Shown: one piece after another, positions 8,631 through 16,905 of the stretch | How positions within the stretch are numbered: the stretch's first letter is position 1 | Layout of the letters: every line of letters begins with the position of its first letter | Assembly: GCA_964628555.1 (NCBI GenBank) | Contig: CAZVMD010000008.1 | Coordinates: 1 to 61,856 of the forward strand | Origin: an uncultured Myxococcales bacterium | GTDB lineage: Bacteria; Myxococcota_A; Polyangia; Palsa-1104; JAEUJZ01 | Direction: 5' to 3' | Length of the DNA stretch: 61,856 nt | The notes under the pieces: generated by a model | What the model saw: the letters and a program-made list of their open reading frames with translations, nothing else | The model's database searches: none | What the model was told of the DNA's origin: nothing | Made by a program: the position numbers and the translations under genes

Positions 8631-9950
8631 CTATTCGACGCGCGTCCAGGCGTAGCCGAAGCCCATCATGGACGCATCGTCAGCGAAGATCAGTGTGTTG
8701 TTGCTGCCGACGATGGTGACGCGGCGATATCGTTCCGGGCTGGTGCCGGTCAGCTGCTCGGCACAGTGGACGGCGCGGAAGCTGACCGACGATAGAGGCT
8801 TGCCCAGGTTGGGCAGGTTCACCTGGGTCCAGGCCCACGGCCCCGGATTTCCGTTGATGTAGTGATAGACCGTGCCGCCTTCGCCCACCGCCCACGCCTC
8901 TTGATTGTCAAAGAAGCACACCGCGTTCATCGTCACACCGCCAAACTGCGGCGGCGCCGGAGACTGCCAGGTGCCGCCGTCTAGCGGCTGCTGCTCGGCA
9001 TACCGGCCATCCTTGCCGACAGCGGCGGCGACCGAAAACGAGCTCGTGGTGCTACGCGCCGAGGCGATCCCCAGGAAGCTGGCGGTGAGGGGCAAGGTGC
9101 CGGTCGCCAGGCTGATCGGGTGCCAGCCCGAGCTGTTTCGGCCAAAGATCAGGCCCTCGTCCCCCGCCGCCCAGACGTCATCGCAGGTCGGCATGCAGGC
9201 GCGGGAGATTATCGCGTCGCCGATGGCTTGCAGGCCAGCCACGGTGTTGATCTTGGCTGTCACAGCGAAGTCGACCTCGTTGAAGGACGACAGCGAGATC
9301 GAGGTCGAAAGCAGCACATCCGCTTCGAAAACCTTTCCGTTATTGGCTGCTAGATAAAAAGGAAAATTGCTAGTTAATGCCGAGCCTGCATTGTCATTTC
9401 GTCGCGGAACCCACAGCGCGTTGATTACATCATTGGTCGAATTGAGTACTCCGGTGTTATTGTCTATGTGAGTGTAAACTTGATTTGTATTCAATGCTAC
9501 AATTGAAAATTTCTGCGAGCCGGAAATGGAAGATACAAGGCCTTGCCACACACCAACAACCGGAACCTTGGTCGGCTCGCTTAGTTCATTTACGAAGCCA
9601 AAGACTGTGCCGATGCCATTTGTACCATTATAAGAATAAGTCCGAACTCGGCCATCGCTGGTACCCACCAGAGTCGTTCGCGCTACATTGTTAAGCGTAT
9701 ATACACTGGTATAGGTGGCCGGAGTGATGGCACCCATATCGCCGGTCCCCGGCCCGCCTTGATCACTGGTCCCCCCATCGGTGAGTGGGGTGCCTCCGTC
9801 TGGGTCGCCTAACGGCATATCTGGGCTGTAGCCCGGTGGGCAGGTGAAGCCGGGGCGACCGCAATCGACAATCGAGCTAGACCATAGCTTATCGCAACTT
9901 ACACCCAATGCGATGGTGATTGGGATAGATATTAATGCCCAGTAACGCAT
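8631..9950 (-). CDS. Exported (probable lipo)protein with beta-propeller-like (Ycf48/BNR-like) repeats
   Basis: N-terminal signal MRYWALISIPITIALGVSC and a Cys-rich stretch. Repeats of the type VWAAGDEGLIFGRNSSGWHP and AWAVGEGGTVYHY. Lies 45 nt downstream of the PEGA gene. An internal AT-rich segment covers about 9350-9720. Confidence 0.6.
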   Translation of the reverse strand: MRYWALISIPITIALGVSCDKLWSSSIVDCGRPGFTCPPGYSPDMPLGDPDGGTPLTDGGTSDQGGPGTGDMGAITPATYTSVYTLNNVARTTLVGTSDGRVRTYSYNGTNGIGTVFGFVNELSEPTKVPVVGVWQGLVSSISGSQKFSIVALNTNQVYTHIDNNTGVLNSTNDVINALWVPRRNDNAGSALTSNFPFYLAANNGKVFEADVLLSTSISLSSFNEVDFAVTAKINTVAGLQAIGDAIISRACMPTCDDVWAAGDEGLIFGRNSSGWHPISLATGTLPLTASFLGIASARSTTSSFSVAAAVGKDGRYAEQQPLDGGTWQSPAPPQFGGVTMNAVCFFDNQEAWAVGEGGTVYHYINGNPGPWAWTQVNLPNLGKPLSSVSFRAVHCAEQLTGTSPERYRRVTIVGSNNTLIFADDASMMGFGYAWTRVE

Positions 9951-9995
9951 GGGTACTCCTTAGTGGGATAGGCGTTAGATGTGGATGCGTCGAAT

Positions 9996-11627
9996 CTATT
10001 CCTGCGCGTAATACCGAAACCCCGTAACGGTCAAAGATGACTGCCGAGCACGGCCAGGTCCCGGGATCGCGATCAACACGGCACCGCCGGCGGCGAGGAT
10101 TCCGCCAACCGTCAAAAGAGCAATGCCTTTGTCTTGTGTATCAAAATAAGTGCGGCCGAGATCATCGGCAGGTTTGCCGTGCTGCACCAGTCCCGACACG
10201 CCGAATCCGCCCAAGAGCACGCCGGCCCCGAGCAGGGAGGCGCCCAGAGCGATGCGCCACAGCGGACGGGGGGCTCGCTCGGCGACCACTGGCGGCAGCG
10301 GCTTGGGCAGCGGGGCTGGCGGCGGTGGGGGAGGGGGCGGCGCGACTGCGACGGGTGGTGGCGGCGGCGGCTTTGGCGGCTCAGCATCGCTGACCAGATC
10401 GATCTTCAGCGTCGCTTTTTTGCCCTCCTCAACCACGACGGTGACGGTGTGCAGCTTGTAGCCAGGCTGTTTGATGACCAGCGAATAGGAGCCGACGAAG
10501 GCGGCCCGCTGATACGGCGTCTGGCCCAGCCGGCGCTCGGTGGTGAGCACATCTGCCCCCGGCGGCGTCGACTGGATCTCCAGGATGCCGCGCGGCCGGA
10601 CCATGCCCTCGCGCAGCAGGCGGGCGAGCAGAGCATCGAGAGTCGTGCTCGCCTGATCGGCGCTGCAGCGCGTGCATGGCTCGCTGAGCTGAGCGGCATA
10701 GTCGCCGGTTGTCGCATCGACAAGCTGCAGGCGCAGCGTCCAGTCGCTCTGCGCCAGATCGCCGGTGGCCTCGATGCTCGTCGAGAGCAGGTAATCAGCT
10801 TCGTTGACCGTCGTCAGCTTGTCCTGGCAGTCGAGCTGATCCAGACACTCCGCCAGGCGCGGGGCCTGGGCCAGAGCCACGCCCTTGGGCACCGCCGACA
10901 GGCGCTGCTTGCGCACGCCACCCTCGATCGTCTGGCTGAGCAAGCGCTGGGCTTCGGAAGGAACCCCTTTGAAGCTGGGCAGCCACACCAAGGCCGGCAC
11001 GACGCGCGACACGACGGCGTCGGAGTTTACGTTGAAGCGCAGCTCCGAGAGGCGTCCCGGCAGCACCTTGACCGGGCCCTCGATGCGTCGCTGACCCATC
11101 TCCAGCGTGACGCGGTGCTCACCGCTGGCCAGCAGCAGCGGCATCGGCAAGGGCAGCATGCCAGCGACCCGCTCATCGACCAGCACCAGGGCGCCGCGCT
11201 CGCCGACGATCGCTACCTCACCGCTCGGCGGGCGGGGCTGTTCACTGATCTGCTCGGCGTCCTTTTTGGCCGCTGGATCGTTGGCGCTCACCGGGTCGGC
11301 CAGGAATCGCCGCATCAGATCTTGCGCGAAGACCGTGCGACCGCTGGTCCAGGCGAGGCGGCCAAGCTGATACAGCGTCTCGGCATCCGGCGAGATGCGA
11401 TAGGCCTGGCTCAGCGAGTCGGAGGCGCCGTTGAAGTCTTTCGCCGCGATCGCCGACACACCCTGCTGACGCAGCAGCCGGGCCCGCTCGGCGAGTGTGT
11501 TGCCGCCGCCCTTTTCCTTGCGCGAAAACGCCGGTGTCACCCCAATCAGCGCCGACAGGATGGGCAGGATCCACATCCCCAAGCTCGCCAGTCTGCGCTG
11601 CCACCTGGCCCTGCTTCGCATGCTCAT
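9996..11627 (-). CDS. PEGA-domain protein with signal peptide, TPR-like N-part, Pro-rich linker and C-terminal two-TM hairpin (paralog of 45329..46957)
   Basis: PEGA-like units VAIVGERGALVLVDERVAGMLPLP... and ILEIQSTPPGADVLTTERRLGQTPY...VIKQPGYKLHT. Linker PPKPPPPPPVAVAPPPPPPPPAP. Two C-terminal hydrophobic helices. Collinear similarity to the 542-aa protein at 45329. Confidence 0.75.
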   Translation of the reverse strand: MSMRSRARWQRRLASLGMWILPILSALIGVTPAFSRKEKGGGNTLAERARLLRQQGVSAIAAKDFNGASDSLSQAYRISPDAETLYQLGRLAWTSGRTVFAQDLMRRFLADPVSANDPAAKKDAEQISEQPRPPSGEVAIVGERGALVLVDERVAGMLPLPMPLLLASGEHRVTLEMGQRRIEGPVKVLPGRLSELRFNVNSDAVVSRVVPALVWLPSFKGVPSEAQRLLSQTIEGGVRKQRLSAVPKGVALAQAPRLAECLDQLDCQDKLTTVNEADYLLSTSIEATGDLAQSDWTLRLQLVDATTGDYAAQLSEPCTRCSADQASTTLDALLARLLREGMVRPRGILEIQSTPPGADVLTTERRLGQTPYQRAAFVGSYSLVIKQPGYKLHTVTVVVEEGKKATLKIDLVSDAEPPKPPPPPPVAVAPPPPPPPPAPLPKPLPPVVAERAPRPLWRIALGASLLGAGVLLGGFGVSGLVQHGKPADDLGRTYFDTQDKGIALLTVGGILAAGGAVLIAIPGPGRARQSSLTVTGFRYYAQE

Positions 11628-11694
11628 CGCGATGTTCCCCCAGATGATACGAGTGGCGAGCGGCCAGCGTTCCGAGACGCCTCGTCGCCACCCC

Positions 11695-14600
11695 TCACGG
11701 ACATGAACCCAAGTTCTGCACTTCCCCCGGTCGGACTTTCACCAGCGTCTGGGCTCCGTTTACCGTCATTACATTGGTCCCCGGCAGCATCCATTCTGAC
11801 ACCTCGCGACAGCGTCCGCCGATGGTCTTGGGCAGGGTGACGCGACCTAGCTGGCTGCGCAGGCGGGCTTGGCCTGCCTCGGCCTCGCTGCGGATGGCCG
11901 GGCGTGCGCTCTTCCCGGTGTCGATGCGCAGGGCTTTTTCGTACTCGCTCATGGCTTCGACGATCTGGTCTTGTTTTTCGTAGCTCTGCGCGATGCGAAC
12001 CGACATCTCCAGGGTCAGGCCGGCGCAGGCTTCGGCCAGGCTCTTTTTGCGCTCGCACTGCTTCTCGGCTTTGTTGAGCAGCTTCAGCGCTTTGCTGAAG
12101 TCTTTGCTGGCGAAGGCCTGCAGTCCCTTGCGGGCTAGCTGCGAGATCGCATCGAGCGCCTTGTCGCCCTGGTTTTCCGTCTCGGCGCTGGCCGGCGTGG
12201 CCTCAGCTGGGGCCGCGTCTGCCCCGGCATCGACCGGTGGGGCGGGAGCTGGCTCGGTCGCACCGCCATCTGCCGCCTCGCTGCTCGCGCTCTCGACCGG
12301 GGTGGCTGGCCGCAGCAGGCGCGGCACCCCATCGGAGTCTTTCGCTCCCTGGCTGGCTTTGCTGCCCGGACTTGGGCGGAAGCGGCTGAGGTCGCCGAAG
12401 CGAGCGATCAGCGCCGCGGCGCGGAAGCGGACGCCAGCATCGACGTCTTGCTGCAGCAGCCGCAGCACGCTGAGGCCGGGCGGACCGCTCGGGCCCTCGG
12501 GCAGATCGGCGGCTACCTCGGCGACCAGGCGCCGCACTAGGCGCTCGGCATCGCGGGCCGCATCGAGCAAAAAGGGCACGGCGAGCTCGGCGGGCAGCTT
12601 GCCCAGACCCTCGACGGTCTGCATTCTCTCGCCGACATCTGGGCCGTGCAGCAGGCGGTCCAGGTCACGCGGTGGGGCTACTGACTCGCCGAGGCGCCGC
12701 AGCGCGACGAAGGCCACGACGCTGTTCTTGCCGCCGGTGCTCAGCGCCTCGCGCAGGGCCGGGATGCCGCGGCTATCGCCCTGCTCGGCCAGCTTCTGTG
12801 CCGCGCTCAGCCGCACGCTGGAATCGCTATCCGCCAGCATGGCCACCAGCATGGCTGCCGCATCCTGACGATCGCTCTGCTCGACCAGCAGCTTGCGGGC
12901 GTCACGGTCGGGCGAGGCTTGCAGGGCAGCGAGGGCAGGGCGCTGGGCCTCATCGCCGAGTCGCAGCAGGGCGGTGCGCGCCAGCACCTGCTCGCTGGGC
13001 CGACCTTGCGTCACGACATCGCGCAGCCAGGTGGCGACATCCTGCTTCACCTGGCTCTGGCCGGTGTCGCTGAGCACCTTGGCGACGCGAGCTAGGCCGC
13101 GCAGAGCCTCCTCGCGCACCGTCAGCTCGGCGTCGAACAGCGCTTCGCGCAGCGCCAACAGAGCGGGCCGCGTGCGCTTGCGACCGAGGGAGCGGACGGC
13201 ACTTTTGCGCACCCGCGCATCCCCGTCTTTCAGCAGGCCGGACAGCGCCTGCGTCGCGGCATCGGTGTCGATATCCCCAAGCACCGCGGTGCCCGCTTGT
13301 CGCACCAGCCAGCTGCTGTCGCGCACCGCATCCTGGGCCCAGGCCAGGCTCTGCTCGGACAGCACGCTGGCATCCAGGGCCGACAGGCGCAGCACGGCGA
13401 TGGCTGCCGCTTGCCGCAGGCGCTCGCCCACCCCCGGTGCAAGCTTGGGGCGCAAAAGGTCGATGTCGATAAGCTGTCCGCCACCCCCTAAGCCCTCGAC
13501 GGCGAGGAGCTGCGCGCTGGCGCTGGCGGCGGGATCGCGCAGGACGCGGCGAAACAGCTCACCGAGCGCGGCATGATCGGGTCCAGCGTAGAGGCGGGCG
13601 GCTAGGAGCTGGTGCGGCCCGGCGTTCTCTGACAGCTCACGCAGCACATCGCGCCCCGACGGCTCGCCGAGCTGCGCGAGGCGGTAGGCGATGGGCAGCC
13701 GCTTCTGTGGCTGTTCGGCGCTGGCCAGCCGCGCCAGCAGCTGTCGTCGTGCGTTGTCTTCACCGGCCTGGGCCAAGCGGGTCAGCGCATCCAGCACCAC
13801 CTCATCGGGAGGATGCGAGCGCTCAAGCAGCGCGCTGAGCACGGCGCTGGCCTTGCGATTGCCTTTGCCGGCCAGCACGTAGGCGGCCCGAAAGCGAGCG
13901 ACATCGTCGCTGCTATCGAGCATCTGCAACAGCTCACGCTGACCGCGCTCATCATCGAGCAGATCGAGGGCCGAGGCGGCCGCGGCCTTGACCGTGGGCT
14001 GGCTCGCGCGGGCGAGCAGCTCGGACAGGGCGGGGATGGCCTGACGATCGCCCAGCTGGCCCAGCGCCTCGGCGGTGATCGCCACCAGGTCGGCATCCGC
14101 TTCGCTGAGCAGCGGCACCAGCACCGGCCGCAGCGCGGCTTCGTGTGTCTTCCCCGCGCTCTGCAGGGCACTTAGGCGCAGCTCGCGGGTCGCAGGATCG
14201 GGGCTTGGCTTAAGCTGCGTGTCGAGCACCTGCAGCGAGGTCTTGCGCACCCCGGAGAGCTCGGCCGCTGATAGCTGGCGACTGCGCAGCTGCTGGCCGG
14301 CGCGATACTGTCGGTACCCAAGGATGCCGACGCCCAACAGCAGCACCAGCAGCGTGGCGTACACCGATAGCAGCTGCCAGCGTCGCGGCCGCAGCACGAC
14401 CTGGGTCGATAGTCGGCCACTTAGCGACTGCGCTGAGGCGCTGCCCTCCAGCGGGATGAGCGTGTCTTCGGGGGCCAGCAGCAAGAGCTCACGAGACAGC
14501 GCCTGCGCCAGCTCACCCATGGTGGCGAAGCGCTCGTCGCGCGGCTTGGCCAGCGCGCGCAGCACGATGGCCTCTACCGCCTCGGGAATGCGGGCATCGG

Positions 14601-15678
14601 GGCAGCGCTTGCGCGGCGGGAGCACGGCCTCCGAGACGTGCTTGAACATGATCGTCATCACGTTCGTCGGGTGGTCGAAGGGCACCTCACCCGTCAGCAT
14701 CTCGTAAAGGATGCAGCCTAGCGCGTACTGGTCCGTGCGTGCGTCGACGTCGGCCCCGTCCGCCTGCTCGGGCGACATGTAGTGCGGTGTGCCGAGCACC
14801 GTGCCGGGCAGGGTCTGCCGCGCCGAGAGCTCGGCCGAGCGATCCGCCTCTTCAAGGGCGGGGGTAAGAGGAGAGCTGCTCGCTGCGTCCGGACTGTCGG
14901 CCTTTTCCATCCGCAGCGTCGGCGCTGCGAAGGCGATACCGAAGTCGACGATCTTGACGAACTCCTTCTGACCATCGCGGATGAGAAAGATGTTCTCGGG
15001 CTTAAGGTCACGATGGACGATGCCCTTGTCGTGTACCGCCTGCAGACCCTCGGCAATCTGGCGGGCGATCTGACAGGCACGCGTGACGGCGAGTCGGCCG
15101 CCGTGTAGGGCCTGGCGCAGCGTCGGGCCCTGAAGAAACTCCATGACCAAGTACGAGCGCCCATCCGGCAGCAGACCGAAGTCCGAGATGTACACCGTGT
15201 TGGGATGGCGAATCAGCGAGGCCAGCTTGGCTTCCTGTAAGAACCGTCGCTGTGCCTCGCTGTCCTGCGGCTTGAGCAGGATCTTTACGGCGATCGGGCT
15301 ATCCAGCACGATGTGGCGTCCGCGATAGACCACGCCCATGCCACCGGCTGACAGGCGCTGCAGGATCTCGTAGCGCTCGCCGAGGATCAGACCGACAAGG
15401 TCATCCTGCGCACTGCGCGCGACGCGGCTTGAGCGCGATAGCGTCTGCGCGGCGGCACTGGCGGGAATCTGCGCGGTCGCTGCCAGGGCGTCAGCTGGCC
15501 GGCTGCTCTCTGCGGCTGGTCCGGCCTGCGTGACCGCACCGGGCAGCGTGGTCGCTCCCACCGCCGAGCCGACGAGGGTTGGCGAGCTGGCACAGGTGTG
15601 CTCTTCATCCGCCGGGTAGAGCACGCTGCACTGCGGACAGCGCCGTGACAGCAGCGTAGGCGCCTGGAGGCTGGACAT
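11695..15678 (-). CDS. Transmembrane Ser/Thr protein kinase with long HEAT-repeat region and conserved Cys-containing C-terminal module
   Basis: Hanks motifs GGMGVVYRG, IAVKIL, HRDLKPENIF, DFGIA, GTPHYMSPEQ. Single TM WQLLSVYATLLVLLLGVGILGY (nt 14314-14379). Repeated HEAT/PBS-lyase-like units (D..VR..A...LG). The tail ends ...VKVRPGEVQNLGSCP. Confidence 0.9.
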   Translation of the reverse strand: MSSLQAPTLLSRRCPQCSVLYPADEEHTCASSPTLVGSAVGATTLPGAVTQAGPAAESSRPADALAATAQIPASAAAQTLSRSSRVARSAQDDLVGLILGERYEILQRLSAGGMGVVYRGRHIVLDSPIAVKILLKPQDSEAQRRFLQEAKLASLIRHPNTVYISDFGLLPDGRSYLVMEFLQGPTLRQALHGGRLAVTRACQIARQIAEGLQAVHDKGIVHRDLKPENIFLIRDGQKEFVKIVDFGIAFAAPTLRMEKADSPDAASSSPLTPALEEADRSAELSARQTLPGTVLGTPHYMSPEQADGADVDARTDQYALGCILYEMLTGEVPFDHPTNVMTIMFKHVSEAVLPPRKRCPDARIPEAVEAIVLRALAKPRDERFATMGELAQALSRELLLLAPEDTLIPLEGSASAQSLSGRLSTQVVLRPRRWQLLSVYATLLVLLLGVGILGYRQYRAGQQLRSRQLSAAELSGVRKTSLQVLDTQLKPSPDPATRELRLSALQSAGKTHEAALRPVLVPLLSEADADLVAITAEALGQLGDRQAIPALSELLARASQPTVKAAAASALDLLDDERGQRELLQMLDSSDDVARFRAAYVLAGKGNRKASAVLSALLERSHPPDEVVLDALTRLAQAGEDNARRQLLARLASAEQPQKRLPIAYRLAQLGEPSGRDVLRELSENAGPHQLLAARLYAGPDHAALGELFRRVLRDPAASASAQLLAVEGLGGGGQLIDIDLLRPKLAPGVGERLRQAAAIAVLRLSALDASVLSEQSLAWAQDAVRDSSWLVRQAGTAVLGDIDTDAATQALSGLLKDGDARVRKSAVRSLGRKRTRPALLALREALFDAELTVREEALRGLARVAKVLSDTGQSQVKQDVATWLRDVVTQGRPSEQVLARTALLRLGDEAQRPALAALQASPDRDARKLLVEQSDRQDAAAMLVAMLADSDSSVRLSAAQKLAEQGDSRGIPALREALSTGGKNSVVAFVALRRLGESVAPPRDLDRLLHGPDVGERMQTVEGLGKLPAELAVPFLLDAARDAERLVRRLVAEVAADLPEGPSGPPGLSVLRLLQQDVDAGVRFRAAALIARFGDLSRFRPSPGSKASQGAKDSDGVPRLLRPATPVESASSEAADGGATEPAPAPPVDAGADAAPAEATPASAETENQGDKALDAISQLARKGLQAFASKDFSKALKLLNKAEKQCERKKSLAEACAGLTLEMSVRIAQSYEKQDQIVEAMSEYEKALRIDTGKSARPAIRSEAEAGQARLRSQLGRVTLPKTIGGRCREVSEWMLPGTNVMTVNGAQTLVKVRPGEVQNLGSCP

Positions 15679-15812
15679 GGCGATCCAGTGAGTATATCGC
15701 TATTTGCCGACCGGATCGGGAACAGCGCAGAGACTGCGGCGAGCAGCAGCGTGAAGGTAGGTGGAGGAGGGAGGGCGGTCGAGCGACTTGTGGAGGGAGA
15801 GCGACGGTGCGG

Positions 15813-16868
15813 CTATTCGCTGTCGCCGCCCTTGTGCTTCGTCGGGTTCTTGAGATCGAAGTGCGGCATGCGGTTCGAGTCGCAGCTTGGCCCGAAGCCC
15901 TGCGCATTGAAGTGGTAGGTCAACGAGCCCGATCCGACGCCCTGGCGCGTGACGATCTTCAGGTCGTGTTCCTGTGCGCGGGCCGGTGAGCAGTAAGACA
16001 GAAGATAGAAGCTCTTGGTGTAGCCCTCGACGCGCTGGGCGACATCCTCGAAGGCCTTGGCGAGCTCGGTGGGATCTTGGCTGAGAAAGGCGTGAGTGCG
16101 GCCGATGTTGCGTAGCTCGCCGTTGTTGATCTCTTTGCCGATGCCGATGACGTAAAGCGAGGTGCGATCCTCGCGGGCACCATCGAGCGCCTTGTCGAGA
16201 TCGGCGCGCAGCACCCGCTGGGCGCGGTCTGAGCCGTCGGTGAACACGACCAGCGAGCCGAACTTCAGTGGCGTCGGCTCGTGCGCCAGCGCCTTCGATA
16301 GGATCTTCAGACCTTCGACCACGGCGCCGTTGAGGTTGGTCGAGGGATCGCGGCCCTTAAAGGAGCTCAGCCGATCCGCCACGCTGCGCAGCCCTTCGCC
16401 GCCCTTGGTGAAGCCAAGGAGCGGATAGAGCTGCGGCGAGCCATCGAAGCCGAAGACCGCGACCTTCTGCAGCTGACCCACGCGATCGGCGAAGGCCTGC
16501 ACGGCTGGCTTGAGCTGCTCTAACGCCCCCGACTGCGTGATGCTGCCCGAGAGGTCGACCAAGAGCAGCGTGTAGTGAATAGCGGCCACCTCGGGGTTGA
16601 GGATGGTCTGCTTGGACTCGAAGGTAGAGATGCGTCCGCCGTCCTCGTAGATCTCGAAGCGATCGGCGGTCAGGTTGGGCACCGGATGGCCGGCCGCATC
16701 CAGCACATTGAAGTACACGGCGATCTGGCTTGGGCGCATCACCGCGGCTTGGTACAGCGTCAGCTTGAGACAGCCGGTGGCCAACCACAGAAGAGCAAAT
16801 GCCATCCCCAGCCGACCGAGGCGGCTTCGCTGCAACATCGCTGACAGTCTCCGTGCGCGTTCCGACAT
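15813..16868 (-). CDS. von Willebrand factor A (vWA) domain lipoprotein
   Basis: Start moved to MSERARRL (16868) because the ORF-track N-terminus overlaps rnj. Lipobox LWLATGC. MIDAS-like motif LLLVDLSGSITQSG, followed by VVFTDGSD. Confidence 0.75.
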   Translation of the reverse strand: MSERARRLSAMLQRSRLGRLGMAFALLWLATGCLKLTLYQAAVMRPSQIAVYFNVLDAAGHPVPNLTADRFEIYEDGGRISTFESKQTILNPEVAAIHYTLLLVDLSGSITQSGALEQLKPAVQAFADRVGQLQKVAVFGFDGSPQLYPLLGFTKGGEGLRSVADRLSSFKGRDPSTNLNGAVVEGLKILSKALAHEPTPLKFGSLVVFTDGSDRAQRVLRADLDKALDGAREDRTSLYVIGIGKEINNGELRNIGRTHAFLSQDPTELAKAFEDVAQRVEGYTKSFYLLSYCSPARAQEHDLKIVTRQGVGSGSLTYHFNAQGFGPSCDSNRMPHFDLKNPTKHKGGDSE

Positions 16869-16905
16869 TTCGTCTCCACTAACTGCGGGCTGATGTCGCC
16901 ACCGA

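Noticed and set aside
9350-9720. Diversity-generating-retroelement variable region as an explanation for the Asn-rich, AT-rich segment
   Set aside because: I could not find a reverse transcriptase gene, a template-repeat copy of the segment, or an accessory gene anywhere in the window. The segment is also not at the C-terminus of the protein.
10134-11840. 568-aa ORF antisense to the first PEGA gene. The same reasoning applies to the antisense ORFs at 7323-8231, 19060-19932, 30092-30997, 34153-35223, 44359-45138, 48765-49598, 53741-54490 and 59711-60457.
   Set aside because: All lie opposite genes with recognisable domains and have Arg/Ala/Gly/Pro/His-rich low-information translations. These are the typical high-GC shadow ORFs.
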